In this document: positions 50,733 to 64,000 of the stretch, piece after piece
How the letters are laid out: each line of letters opens with the position of its first letter
How positions within the stretch are numbered: the first letter of the stretch is position 1
Source: Octopus sinensis
Lineage: Eukaryota
Reading direction: 5' to 3'
DNA: 64,000 nt
NCBI RefSeq assembly: GCF_006345805.1
Contig: NC_042999.1
Location: 41,788,001-41,852,000, forward strand
The notes under the pieces: model-generated
Told to the model about the DNA's origin: nothing
Databases searched by the model: none
Seen by the model: only the letters and a program-made list of their open reading frames with translations
Program-made: the position numbers and the translations under genes

Positions 50733-51155
50733 CATCTCTCTCTCTATCCGCTCAGTCGAAGTCGACTCTCGGTCACTCGTTGGATCAGTGTCCTCCAGTC
50801 AGTTCTATCCTGGGCTACTTCGTTCAGATTGGCTATGTCCATTCCGGTATCCCTCTTGATGGTGTCAAACCAGCGGGTTCTTGGTCGGCCCCTTCCTCTC
50901 TTGCCACTGACCATTCCGAGCATGATGTCCTTCTCCAGGGATTTTCTCCGCATATTATAACCGAAATATGCCAATCTATGCTTGGTGATCCTAGATTCTA
51001 GCGACATTTTCGGCCTTATCTGCTTAAGAACTTCTCCATTGGTGAGCCTCGCTGTCCATGGAATGCGTAAAAGTCTTCTCCAACACCAAAGCTCGAATGC
51101 ATTAATTCTCTTCTGGTCAGCTTTCTTTAGTGTCCAGGTCTCACATCCATATTGC
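50733..51155 (-). mobile_element. RTE-clade LINE 3' fragment
   Basis: Minus strand YGCETWTLKKADQKRINAFELWCWRRLLRIPW..RLAYFG..SGKRGRGRPRTRW..AQDRTDWR. Confidence 0.92.
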
Positions 51156-51174
51156 TAGATTTTTTTTAAATGCA

Positions 51175-51350
51175 TAAAAAGGCACATGCTTGAATGTGTA
51201 GTAAGAAGTTAACTGCTCAAAAACATGGTTTGGGGGTTCAGTCTCACTGCCTGGCCCCCTGGCCACAGCCGACCTAAGCCTTGTGAGTGGATTTGGTAGA
51301 CGTAAGCTAAAAGCAGCCTGTGGTATATGTGTGTGTGAGCTTGCATGCAT

Positions 51351-51395
<45 letters not shown>

Positions 51396-51792
51396 CTTGC
51401 ATGTGTGTTTGTGTGTGTGTGTGTTTGTGTTCGTGTTTGTCCTCCACCACCGCCGGACAAACAGTGTTGGCTTGTTTACGTCCCCGAAAACTTGCTATTC
51501 GGCAAAAAGCAGACGATTGAATAAGCCCCAGGCTCAATGGTAAAGAAAAAATAAGCACATGAATACTGGTGTCGATTTGTTCGACTAAAGCTTTTTTATA
51601 AGTTGGCCACAATCTAATGACTGAAACAAGTAAAAGATAAAAGACGTTCCGGGTTCAATTCCACTGCGTGGCACCTTGGGCAAGTGTCTTCTAGTATAGC
51701 CTCAGGCCGACTAAAGCCTTGTGAGTGGATTTGGTAGACGGAAACTGAAAGAAGGCCGTCGTGTATATATATATATATATATGTGTGTGTGT

Positions 51793-51843
<51 letters not shown>

Positions 51844-52035
51844 TTGTGTGTCTGTGTTTGTCTTCCAACATCGCTTGACAACCGATACTGGCGTGTTTAC
51901 GTCCCCTTCACTAGCGATTCGGCAAAAGAGACCAATAGAATAACTACTAGGCTCAGAAATAATAACTCCTGGGGTCGATTTGCTGGACTAAAGGCGATGC
52001 TCCAGCATGGCCGCAGTCAGATGACTGAAACAAAA
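51175..52035 (+). mobile_element. Two tandem family A SINEs (about 51175-51640 and 51645-52035)
   Basis: Two bodies, each with internal (TG)n and tail ATGACTGAAACAA. Confidence 0.88.
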
Positions 52036-52589
52036 ATAATACTTTACTATAACATTATTTATTTAATCGAGTGTCTGCCTTTTTTTTTTTTTTTTTGCGT
52101 TATCTTACATTATATAAACCACGGAGTCCGTTCGACAGCATTTTCGAATTTGAGATATATTTCACTGCAATATCTTGCGCATATATCTCCCAGTTTCTTT
52201 CGTCGATTTGCAGCATTGTTAGAGCATTTAACAAACTATCTTACAGCGTGTATTTACGGTCCGTTAAATTACATTCTGTCTCGAAATCGTACTCAGGTTA
52301 ACATTGCTATTCATCCTTTATGATATACTATGGAACCAATCAAAGACTAAGGGCGATGCAATTTAATATACCCTCCTTCCAAAATGTGAGCTCTTGTACC
52401 TGTCTCAGAAGTCAGTATTGAATAGCAGTTGCTGTTGTCTTCTTCTTCTTCTTCTTCTTCTTCTTCTTCTTCTTCTTCTTCTTCTTCTTCTTCTTCTTCT
52501 TCTTCTTCTTCTTCTTCTTCTTCTTCTTCTTTTTCTTCCAATCAGGACTCACGCCATTAGCCACATAGAATAATCTCTAATTGGAGCCC

Positions 52590-53021
52590 ACTCTAAGCTA
52601 CTAAGAATGCGTGTGGAAACTTAGAGATCCACCCCCCACACGCGATAGACTGGCGGTTGCACGGGCGCGAAAGCTACGTTGTTATCCTCATTCCGTAAAC
52701 GGTGTTTTTTTAACGAATGGAGAGCTGAACCATCCTGGGGTACAGAGGATTCGCAATCCAGAAAAGGGTCTGAAGGTTTACCACACCATAGAGGGTTACA
52801 CCATGGTTCCTCTGCTTTGTGGCAGAAGTAGGAAGAAAGAGTGAGAGAAATTTGTGTTGAAAGAGTACAGCGGGGTTCACCACCACCAGCCCCCGCCGGA
52901 GCCTCGTGGAGCGTAGGTGTTTTTGCTCAATAAACACTCACAATGCCAGGCCTGGGAATCGAAGCCGCGTTCTTACAACCGCGAGTCTGCTACTCTAACC
53001 ACTGGCCCATTGCGACTCCAC
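52590..53021 (-). mobile_element. Family C SINE, diverged
   Basis: Head reverse complement GTGGAGTCGCAATGGGCCAGTGGTTAGAGTAGC; GGAGCCTCGTGGAGC shared with 37890. Confidence 0.8.
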
Positions 53022-55388
53022 AGTTGCAGTTGTTGTTGATGTTCTCGACACTGCCGCTACTGTTGCTCTTGCTGTTATTGATATTACTGCTACTATTCTT
53101 GTTATTCTTGCTGCTCCTGCTGCTATCATTGTTTTTGTTGTTGTTCATTTTCGTGTTATTGTTGTTGTTGCTGTTGTTGTTGTTGAAGTGGAACTTATAA
53201 CACCATGTAGTATTCAGTTAAGTAAATTTAGGTGTTCTGTTTTGGAATCCCGTTTAGCTCAAGATCACCTTTCATCTTTCCAAAGTCGATAGAATAAAGT
53301 ACCGATGAAGTACAGGTATCAATTAAACCAATACAATCGATTATTTCTATCCCCGCCCGAACTATAAAGCATTGCACCTATGTATAAAATTCACCTTGTT
53401 GGCTTGTGTTTTCCTTTTTAGATTCCTCTTTTTGTTTCGGCTGTTATTTTGCTCAAGATCAATTTTGATTTAGAGAACCTATAATCAAAAGCCTTTCTAG
53501 TCCTGGTCATTTCCACTTTTGCTTCAGAAAATATCTACTTTTACTTTTATAAGGCGGTAAGGTGTCACACGAGTATAGTTTGTTACAATTTCTAACAGGC
53601 CAGGCAACCACATAGTGGTCCTCTCATTGACTACAGGTTGATATAGTTTTTCATTGTTTTACATTATTGTTATTGTTGTTGTTGTCGTCATTGCTATTTC
53701 AGTATTGTTTTTGTCGTTATTCCATTCATTGATATGGAATGACCATATATCCTTTTTAGGTTTTCTAGACTACATTTTCTTTTCTAAACTACATTTTCCA
53801 ACCAATGTATCCTTCCATACTTTAAATCCTAGGCTATGATTTGTAGGATGTTTAGCTGTTATTTCTTCCAGATCGAAGGACGACATATCGGCTGTCTTGA
53901 CTTGTTTTATAGATATATTTAACTACTGATTCTTCTTAACACTTTTTTGTGCATAAGGGATGTAGTGTGACGATTTAAACGAAAGGGGAGGAACAGGACC
54001 TATGACACTTTTCAGGATCTCCAAGATCGCCAGTAAGAAGGATGGAGACATGTCACAAATATTTACAACAAAGTAGATTCTTCTCTGCTTAATGCAACCA
54101 TGGACAAGATGGTTGTAATAAACCGGGCTTTATAAAGCGTAACACGCCTTCAGTCTACTGCATATCACTCAAAAGGGATCGATCAGCCTGCGGCTATGCT
54201 ACAATGGGACTTGCATTCAAGCCGTGTAAAGGGATCGAACGTGCAACTACGCAGTTACTAAACGAACTTACACACACCGCCAGGTTAGCATCCCCTTTGT
54301 TGCTTGCTTTCACAGCTGTTATTTATTTCAACTCTGTATTCTTTCATTTTTTTCTTCATTGTTACTTGTGTTCTTACCAAGATGTTTGATCTAATTCTTG
54401 GTGTTGCAATTGTTGATGTGTTTCTTGTTGTTACTGTTATTGCAGCTGTTGTTATTGTCGCTTTTTGTAGAGATTTTTTTTTCCTGCTAAATATCACGTT
54501 GTTATTTTTGTTTTTATTTCCGAGTCGCTATTTTTTTATCTTAATTTTTGTTGCTGTTTTTGCCGAGCAGCTATTTCGTTACTGTAGCTTTTGTTATTGC
54601 ATTTTTCTTCAACCACACCTAGTGTTTATTGCTGAAGAATTTACCAAACATGTTCCCGTTGTTATAGTTGTTGTTATTGCTACTTTTGTTGCTGCAATTA
54701 TTGTTTATGTTGTTGCCGATGTGGATATTGTACCCCTCTAACACATACTTCCCTTTTTTTATTACTGACATATATTGCTTCATCTTTTCGTTACTCTTGT
54801 CCCTTTTATTATTGCAACAGCTGTTATTATAGTTGTTGCTCATCTTCTTGTATTCCAACACACATAAATTTTGCTGGTGCTGGATTTTGCAGTGCCAGTT
54901 CTTAGCCCCTTGTTGCTGCAATATATTTTTTTTTGCGGCTGCTTTTATTTTTTTGTTATTAGTATTGCATTCTACCACACTTTACTTCATCTGAACGTAA
55001 AGCAAAGCGATATTGTTTAAAAACTACATACTTTCGAAATCTTTGCCGTAAGCGTCCTTAGCATTTGATCTCCGCATTATATCCAACTTAAGAGGAGTTG
55101 CATAGTGTTTTAGTGCTTCCGGTACATTCTAGCTCGCATCCTGTTTACCATCAAAATATAATGCGTTGACGTTTTTCATTTGTTATCGTTTAGATGTATG
55201 AGATGTGTATGTGCTCATAAACTTCTGTGTGTGTTAATATATAATACATGTATATTGATTTTTACAACTCTTATACATATGATATACATATATGTGTGTG
55301 TGTGTGTGTATACATACATACATACATGCATACATACATACATACATACGTATATATGTGTATATATATATAGATATATACATATGTG

Positions 55389-55430
<42 letters not shown>

Positions 55431-55470
55431 TATACACACATACATACATATATTGATTTATATGATACTG

Positions 55471-55502
<32 letters not shown>

Positions 55503-55720
55503 GTGTATGTGTATATACACGTACTTCTATTGATTTATACGATATTAATATGTGTGTGTCTGTGTGTATGTGTGAAACAAATATTCATATGTACCTGTGT
55601 ATGTATAAATATAATACAGAGACGTACAAGCACCAATAAACGCACACGTATACATATGTACATAGACACTCATATATACATTTATATACGCACTCACACA
55701 CATCTAAATGCACACACACC

Positions 55721-55773
<53 letters not shown>

Positions 55774-56149
55774 GTATATACGTACATGTATACACATACG
55801 CTCAAGATAGATATACTGAACTTTCTTATTTTTACGGTTTGCTTTATTTAGTCAGACTAACAATACAATCGCACCAAGAAACAGAGTCAAAGAATACGAT
55901 ACATAAACACACACTTTCCACACTGACCCAAGTAAATAATGCAACAAATATCATTTTTTAAAAGCAAAATGCACTAAAACGTTTGAGTAGTAGAATGTAA
56001 TCTTTTTGCTCTAAATAATTCATTGAAAAAGGCAAATCTACCAGTGGCAACCTGGTAACAACGATATCAATGTGTAATTTGTTTGAGAATCATTAACATG
56101 AATGATGAGGAGGAAGACTACTACGACGACGGTAATAACAACAGTAACA

Positions 56150-56222
<73 letters not shown>

Positions 56223-56232
56223 TAACAATGAT

Positions 56233-56380
56233 AAAAAAAAGGTACTGAAACCTATTTGAAAGTGATTCCAGGCTTACCATCCCTACAGGAAGTGCAAAAA
56301 AATCGTATTAACTGGAACGGCTCATGTCCTGAGAAGAGCATTATCGCCGTGAAAACAACATCCATCCATGAATTTATTTA
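56233..56380 (+). mobile_element. R4/Dong-like extreme 3' end following (AAT)n
   Basis: YLKVIPGLPSLQEVQKIVLTGTAHVLRRALS (one shift), homologous to the 33490-33640 terminus. Confidence 0.7.
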
Positions 56381-56564
56381 TTTATTAATTTTTAAATACA
56401 TATTTTATCTGTGAATTTGCGCGTGTAATCTGGAAATGCATACAATGAGCTTCTCTGCCCTAGGTGTATGCAAAACACCCGGCGAGAAACGGAAGAAAAT
56501 TTGAAGAAAGAAGGAAAAAACATAATAATTATAATAACAATAATGATCATGATCATGATGATCA

Positions 56565-57085
56565 TGGCGCAGTACCAGGCAGTGGCGCTCATAACTTCTG
56601 ATTTTAACTGATTGGAAGTGTTATCATGTATATTGTTTTGTCTTGTTAGAAAGATGGACCACAGCGAATATTCTACTCAATACCACTCATTTCTTTGTCA
56701 GTTGTGTGACCTTAACCCGTTAAGCATGTCCCTTACTAGCTGACGATATGTGCATCTCTGATCACGAGCAGAAGTCGTGTTGAGAGGAATTCTTTGGGGT
56801 TTTGATGATACGCCTTTGGAAAAATGGATGTTGCTTTCAACATTTTTAAATAAGCCGTATTTAGAGACCTTTCGAGCGGGATGGGCTACTCGACCAGAAG
56901 AAAATTCTAGCTGGGCCCATCTGCAAGGTCATGCGCTGTTTATCTTGATATGAGATCACCATATCGCGCACATATGGTTGTGATACTTGTGCTTGGTGTA
57001 CCCTTATCAGACGAGTAGTCATGGTGGGTATACTGGGCTTCGTATATTTTATCCTAGTGTCACGTTGATGGTATGCACTACTCTC
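56565..57085 (+). repeat. Unclassified interspersed repeat (family D), longest copy
   Basis: Contains the segment shared with 11140 and 19505; ends in a short TAA run where the Dong-like fragment begins. Confidence 0.7.
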
Positions 57086-58209
57086 TCGCTTAATAATAAC
57101 TGGAATAAAATCCAAGCAATTAATACATGGGCGATATCACCACTTCGGTATGCAGCGGGAATTACAAAATGGCAAAATAGAAAATTGAAGAAAATGGATA
57201 CCAAGATCAGAAGACTGTTGACAGTACCCAGAGCCTTCGACCCTAAGAGTGACACCGATAGGATGTACTTGTGCAGAATATAGGGTGGAAGAAGTTTGAT
57301 CAGTTGCCAGGTCTGTATCGAAGCAGAGGAAAACATCCTAGTGTTGTATATAAAAAATTCCTTGGAGCCATTAAACAAGAAATGAACAAAAAAATAATTA
57401 AAACAGAAAAGCATCGAAGGAAAAGAAAATGTACGGTCCATTTGCCTTAGATGTGAACTGAAACACAGATAAGTATGAGGTGGAGTGACTTGAAGATAGA
57501 GTCAGAATCACTCATATGTCCTGCTCAGAAACAGGCGTTAAGGACCAACTATATGAAGTGCAGAATAGACAACACTACCGATAGCGACTAATGCAGAATG
57601 TGTTGTGAGAGGGGTGAAACTGTATGGCACATCGTCAGCGAAGGCCCAAAGTTGGCACAATGTGGGTACAAAAGACGCCATGACAATGAGACAAGAGCGA
57701 TCCATTGGGAGCTCTGTGGAAATCATAGCCTGCGAAGTGTAAAGACGAGGTATGAGCAAAATCTTGTGGGCTGCAAAGATCCAGTGCGACCACCCGACCA
57801 GACATCGGGGCCGAACATTGTTGTGGTCAATAAAAAGGAAAGAATATGTATGATAATCGACATAGCATGCCTCGGTAACAACAGGATCAATGTGAAAGAA
57901 GAAAACATTAAAAAAAAAACTATGACGAATTGTAGTGGGAAATACGAAGATTGTCGTCAATGAAGCGAGTACAGGTGATACCAATAGCAGTTGATGCACT
58001 TGGAAATATCAGCAGTCAACTACCAACATGGTTGAAAAAGATAGGGGCAAGTTTGAAGGTAGAACTCAAAAAAATATCCGCATTGCTTGGAGCTGCAAGT
58101 ATTCTTCGCAGGGTTCGTGAAGCATGACCAGTAAACAAGTGTCATCTTAGTCTGCTGGCTATGGACACCTTCCATCATACTCAGCAAAATAAGCTGGTAG
58201 TTTTCATAT

Positions 58210-58212
<3 letters not shown>
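57086..58212 (+). mobile_element. R4/Dong-like RLE LINE, 3' ~1.1 kb, followed by (TAA)n
   Basis: NKIQAINTWAI, RMYL..GGR, ALRTNY, CRMC..ETVWHIVSE (CCHC-type), GPNIVVV..IIDIAC (RLE PD..D), 3' UTR. Confidence 0.88.
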
Positions 58213-58288
<76 letters not shown>

Positions 58289-58687
58289 GGCGCAGGAGTG
58301 GCTGTGTGGTAAGTAGCTTGCTAACCAACCACATGGTTCCTGGTTCAGTCCCACTGCGTGGCATCTTGGGCAAGTGTCTTCTGCTATAGCCCCGGGCCGA
58401 CCAATGCCTTGTGAGTGGATTTGGTAAACGGAAACTGAAAGAAGCCTGTCGTATATATGTATATATATAAATGCGTGTGTGTATGTGTTTGTGTGTCCCC
58501 TAGCATTGCTTGACAACCGATGCTGGTGTGTTTACGTCCCCGTCACTTAGCGGTTCGGCAAAAGAGACCGATTGAATAAGTACTAGGCTTACAAAGAATA
58601 AGTCCCGTGGTCGATTTGCTCAACTAAAGGCGGTGCTCCAGCATGGCCGCAGTCAAATTACTGAAACAAGTAAAAGAGTAAAAGAGT
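58289..58687 (+). mobile_element. Family A SINE, full length, within (TAA)n
   Basis: Head-to-tail match. Confidence 0.92.
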
Positions 58688-58734
58688 TTAATAATAATAA
58701 TGATTATTATTATTATTATTATTATTATTTCTAC

Positions 58735-58910
58735 TAAAGGGGTCTAATCGATCATATCGACCCCAGTACGTAATTGTTAGATATTTTATCGATCCCGAAA
58801 GAATGAAAAGCAAAGTCAACTAGATGAAATTTGAACTCAAGACGTAAAGACGGATGCATTCCTGCTAAGTATTTTACCCGGCGTGCTTACGATTCTGCCG
58901 GCTCGCCGCC
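58735..58910 (-). mobile_element. Family B SINE, diverged
   Basis: Reverse-complement head GCTCGCCGCC next to TAATAATAAC. Confidence 0.75.
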
Positions 58911-59452
58911 TAATAATAACAACAAGCGGGACACGTGAATATTTCACGGAATTAATGGTAAACCCTATTTGGTTATTTCTGAAAACTTTATTTAAAAAAC
59001 CTGAAAGTACAGCCTAAGTTGTGCATGTATGGAAAGATAGTCGCTCATTTGATATTCATTAAAAAGTGAAAGAAACTGGAATACGACGATTACTTAAAGG
59101 ACTTTACATATATTTTTTATATATTTTATGCGCAATTTTATATACTTAATACACAACACTCATAAAATAATTATTCACTCCTATTTTTCCATTTTCCCCA
59201 TAAACAAAACATGAATATCCCGTACGTATGATACAGCCCGCAGTTAAATCGTACATAACCGCCACGTAAATAAGCGTCAATATTTTCCGTGAATTGCAGT
59301 TATGCGCATGCGTTAAGGGATAGGTGATAGGTGATATAAAAAAACTTAGTTCAATAAAGAAAAACTACACTTTTCACTATCCAATCACCACCACCATCAC
59401 TACCATCTCTCCCCTCTCTCTCTATCTCTCCCTCATCTCATTATTATTATAA

Positions 59453-59486
<34 letters not shown>

Positions 59487-59487
59487 G

Positions 59488-59539
<52 letters not shown>

Positions 59540-60075
59540 GGTAGTCTTACCCAATGCGCCTATTATGATAGGAATTGTTTCTGTTTTTAGACTTCACATA
59601 CGAGTTACCTCTATTTCCAAGTCTTTGAATTTTGAATGTTTCTCCATTTCTTTTAGAGAAGCGTTGTCATCTGTTGGCATTGATACATCGATTAGAAAGA
59701 ATTTTTTGTTGATTATCTCTGACATCAATATCCGGCCTATTGGTCTTAATTCCTCTCTCTCTCTCTGTATTGACATAGTATGGTTGCTTTCTCATTGTCT
59801 GTAACCTTTTTGTGTGTGCCTATACCATCTTTCTCCTGTTATTATTCCATAGTGTTGCCATACCATTCAGTGTATACAGATTCCAACTTTGTCACGTCTA
59901 TGAATATAATCCTTCTTAGTCAGGACTGGGCAGGCAGAGACAATATGGTTTATAGTTTCTTGTCCATCTTCACATATTCTGCAGATTATTATTTGCGGAT
60001 AAACTTTCAGTGAGATATAGTGTCTAATGAAATGAAGCTGTTGCTTAGCTATTATTTTTCTCAAGCAACAAGTAT
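59540..60075 (-). mobile_element. R4/Dong-like RLE LINE fragment ending in (TAA)n
   Basis: Minus strand CRICEDGQETINHIVSAC, LIDVSMPTD, KFKDLEIEVTRM, IPIIIGALG. Confidence 0.85.
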
Positions 60076-60698
60076 CGGCTTTTCTCAGAGCATTGGTAGC
60101 CTGGCTCAATCTTTCAGAATTGCGGAGATGTACTTGCATAGCAAGTGACCTAATCTGAGATCGTGTGCTGGAACGAAAACAACTGCAGCGTGGAAAGTGT
60201 TTATAAGCCATTTAAGAAACACACAAAAAACGTTTGATTCACTTCAACATTTAAATTTAATCTGACAAAATTCTGTGCTACACATTCAGTCAAAAATATT
60301 TCTAAATGATTAAAATATTATGTACGTCAAAATGTCGACGCTCATTTTGTTAGAGGGCGGGAATGCTATGTGTGTGTATATGTCAAATATAACAGACGTG
60401 TGTTTGTGTTGATTGACACGCCATGATATTCATTATACGTGTGTATTCAGTATGTGTGCTGACGTCACGGGAGCCATGATTTTTTTGTGTCAAAAAATAA
60501 AAAGCAAAAAATATTTTAAATCGTTTTCATTAATAGAGCTCTAAATATTACAAAAATTTGTACTGCACTGCCGTAGGTAAGTATGAAAATAAATATGCAA
60601 AAAAAAAATTAAGATAGAATATACTATTTCTGAGATATTTCGGGTAGAAACATCTTGTAGAGTTTTAGTATTTATATATATATATACATATATATATA

Positions 60699-60890
60699 AG
60701 GGGGAAAATTCCCAAAAAACCAAAAGACGAAGACTGGTGGTGCAGACAACAAACAGATATATTAGTATAACGCTCGGGAAGTGAAAACGTCTTTAACGTT
60801 TCCAGCCTACGCTCTTCCACAGAAAGAAACACAGAAAGAAACAAGGAGAGAAAGTAAAGAATGTATAGTGGTAGCGATCTATCATGGCGA
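60699..60890 (-). mobile_element. Second copy of the variant-hammerhead element, abutting (TA)n
   Basis: Homologous to 28905-29110; motif at 60791-60826, minus strand CTTT-CTGTGGA-A-GAGC(GTAG)GCTG-GAA-ACGT-T-AAAG. Confidence 0.7.
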
Positions 60891-61078
60891 ATGTGTGTGT
60901 GAGGGGGGAGAGAGGGAGGAGAGACAGAGACTAAGTGGATGAGTGAGATCTTTCTGAATTTGCTGATGCAATCAACAACAAAACATTTATTGCGCATACA
61001 CACACACACATATATATGTATGTATGTGTGTGTATATATATATCTATATGTATAATATGCGGATACATATATTTACAT

Positions 61079-61114
<36 letters not shown>

Positions 61115-61159
61115 GTACTTATATATAATTACATAGTTATATGTATGTATGTATGTATG

Positions 61160-61205
<46 letters not shown>

Positions 61206-61250
61206 AACATATATACATATATATCTATATATGTACTTACGTATATAAAG

Positions 61251-61296
<46 letters not shown>

Positions 61297-61959
61297 AGTA
61301 TATAAATATATATATGTGTGTGTGTGTTTACACTCACAGAGACGCAGACAAACTCAGACGAATACACGCACATTTATATATAATTGATTAGAGATTTTCT
61401 ACACAGTAAACCTTCGTTAATGAAATATTTCCCAAGAGCAATGAATGTGATAGTAAGAAACTTAGTGAAATTTATGACTGTGTCAATGTAGATTAAATGT
61501 CTAAATATCTAGTATGATTTGCTATTATTAAAATTCTATTTTACCATCTAAAAGCGAAAACAGCTTTAGACTATACATTTATAATATTTCTGTCTACACA
61601 ATGAAAGAACTGGTTTTTAGTCATCATCAGTCGGTTGGTTCCTGTTTCGAATCTAGACTTTAAATATGTGAAATAGAACGGATGATGATTTAACATAATT
61701 GTTACATTTGAGTACAGTGTCATATATAGCGATCGTTCTTCTGTCATAGCATTCTGTAAAAATGAAAATAGCCAGTCTGGAGAGTATAGCCCTGATATAT
61801 CAAAATACATCATGGTCTTGTCATAACTGGACTGCATTTGAATATAGTTGTTCTCAATTAAATTAAAAATTAAAATTGCTAGACTGGAGAATATAGCCCT
61901 AACATATAAAAATGCAGCATAATTGGACTGCATTGTCAGTTAGGTCTTTCCTTAGTGAT

Positions 61960-62870
61960 AATAATAATACGTGTTCAGACAGAGAAATGTAGAAAGGGGA
62001 AAAAATATGTGAAAAGAACTGGCATAGAAGGGAACAAAGTGTACGGTCAGTTTGAAAGAGATACTTATGCAAAGACGGATGCAGAAACCCGGTGGTTATG
62101 GATGCAGATGATTGATTTGAAGATAGAAATAGAAGCATTTATATACGTGGCATAGGACAAGCATTGATAACAAATTATGTGAAGTGCAGAATTGATAAAA
62201 CAAATCAGAGCGACAAATACAGAATACGGGGTGAGAAGGGTGAAACTGTGTAGCACATTGTTAGTGAATAAATGAAACTGGCACTACGACGTGAATACAA
62301 AAGGCGACGTGACAATGTGACAAGAATGATCTATTAGGAGTTCTGATGAAGTTATGGCCTAGAAAGTTCAAAGTGGTATAACCAAATCCCAGAAGGAGCT
62401 ACTAAGAATTTCAGAAGCCTGTGGGACGCAATAATTCAGCAGGACAATCAGATTAAACATCCGAAACCTGACATTGTTGTAGAGAACAAAGAAGAGAACA
62501 ATCAAGACAATCATGCCTGATAACTGACATAGCATGTCCTGGTGACAACAGGATCGAAGAGAAAGAGGAAAAAGTGAACAACTATGATGGATTGAAGTTG
62601 GAAGTACGCAGGTTCTGGGAAGTTAAAAGAGAGGACGTGATACCAATAGTGCTTGGCGTGCTAGGAAGTATCATCACTCAACTACCAACGTGGCTCAAAA
62701 AAATTGATATAAATATAAAGAAAGAACCCTTACAAAAATTATTATTCCATGGTAAGAGTTCTCCGAAGGGTTCTTAAACCATGATCAGTAAAGAAGTGTC
62801 ACTTTAGGCTGCTGGCTGAGTACAGCTGACACTTTCTATCATACCCAGCGAAATAAAGCTGACATGTTTT
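61960..62870 (+). mobile_element. R4/Dong-like RLE LINE 3' fragment, decayed
   Basis: GQFERD, W.WM..DLKIEIEAFI, KPDIVV..TDIACPGD, YDGLKLEVRRFW, VIPIVLGVLG; 3' UTR homologous to 58125-58200. Confidence 0.85.
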
Positions 62871-62959
62871 ATATTATAACAATAACAACAATAATAACGA
62901 TAAATATAATAATAATTCTTGCTATTATAGGCACAATGCCTGCAAGTTAGGGGGAGGAG

Positions 62960-63357
62960 GTAGTCGATTACATCGACCCCAGTACTCACCTGGTACTTAT
63001 TTCATCGACCCTGAAAGGATGAAAGGCAAAGTTGACCTCAGCGAAAATTGAATTCAAAACGTAGCGGCAGACGAAATACCGCTAAGCATTTTGTCCGGTG
63101 TCCTAACGATTCTACCAGCTCGTTACCTTAATAATTATAAAAATAATACTTTCTACTAAAGGTACAAGGCCTGCAGTTTTGGGGACGGGATAGTCGATTA
63201 TGTCAACCCCAGTGTTTCACTGGTACTTAATTTCTCGATCCTGAAAGGATGAACGGCAGGGTTGACCTCAGCAGAATTTTAGCTCAGAATGTAATGGCAG
63301 ACGAATTATCGCTAAGCATTTCGCCCGGCGTGCTAACGGTTCTGATAGCTCGCCACC

Positions 63358-63359
<2 letters not shown>
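62960..63359 (-). mobile_element. Two family B SINEs (about 62960-63128 and 63165-63359) next to (TAA)n
   Basis: CGACCCCAGT..GAAAGGATGAA..GCTAAGCATTT..GCTCGCCACC repeated twice. Confidence 0.85.
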
Positions 63360-63424
<65 letters not shown>

Positions 63425-63763
63425 AACAATAAAAAAAGAATTAGAGCATCACTAACAATGACATCAACGAACACAAGAGGAACAAGAACAAAAGCACAAA
63501 AATTAACAACTACAGTATCATAATCTCTTATATATATTTCACTAATGAGAGAGACGAAAGATAGAAGATACGAAAATTGTTATTGATCATTACAATATTT
63601 TCGATCCTTCTGGTCTAGGAGTATCAATCTGTGTAGATGTGTCTTTTCAGGTGATTACAATATGGATCTCGTTAAAATAACAACTGTTCCGCATGATATC
63701 TTCGCAGTTTGTTATAGAAAGCAGCAAATTAAGGGCTACATCATTTTATAGATCAATGTGTAA

Positions 63764-63820
<57 letters not shown>

Positions 63821-64000
63821 AATGGGTTTGTATGATTGTGTATAGAGAGATATATATTATTCAAAGGAATTCCAACTCTGTCTGTTTTTTTATGTTTTAT
63901 TTATATTCTTTATAATATTAATGTAGAATATAGAATATATAGTATAAATAGTATATATAGTGAAACGAAATGAAGTATTGATTGTCTTATTGAAAAGATG

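Noticed and set aside
54010-54285. Exon-like unique segment (TTTTCAG..CCAG|GTTAG)
   Set aside because: Stops in all three plus-strand frames and no recognisable protein.
63640-63745. GDYNMDL resembling the APE-endonuclease GDFN motif
   Set aside because: Isolated short match with no other endonuclease motifs nearby.

Overview
Eukaryotic, AT-rich, microsatellite-saturated intergenic or intronic window. It is most likely octopus/cephalopod, inferred from the SINE families and an invertebrate-code mitochondrial insert. I could not support any host protein-coding gene, and most ORF-track entries are translated microsatellites. The window is a mosaic of mobile elements. (1) A ~3.8-kb, nearly intact Penelope-like retroelement of Naiad type (6816-10645) with RT and C-terminal GIY-YIG domains, an inverted 5' pseudo-LTR, a hammerhead ribozyme, and a solo pLTR at 21887-22240. 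(2) Several other hammerhead (HHR) motifs in short ORF-less elements sitting in (TA)n, including two copies with a non-canonical CUGU(A/G)GA core. (3) A 4.3-kb RepHel Helitron, two non-autonomous Helitrons and a long-TIR MITE. (4) maT and Tc1 transposase remnants. (5) CR1-group, RTE, Tx1/L1 and several R4/Dong-like LINE fragments. (6) A ~225-bp mitochondrial nad1 insertion inside the CR1-group LINE. (7) About 30 tRNA-derived SINEs of at least 4 families. There is a 100-N gap at 42796-42895 and signs of single-base indel errors. All coordinates were read by eye and may be off by a few bases. Family names come from motif recognition, not database searches.
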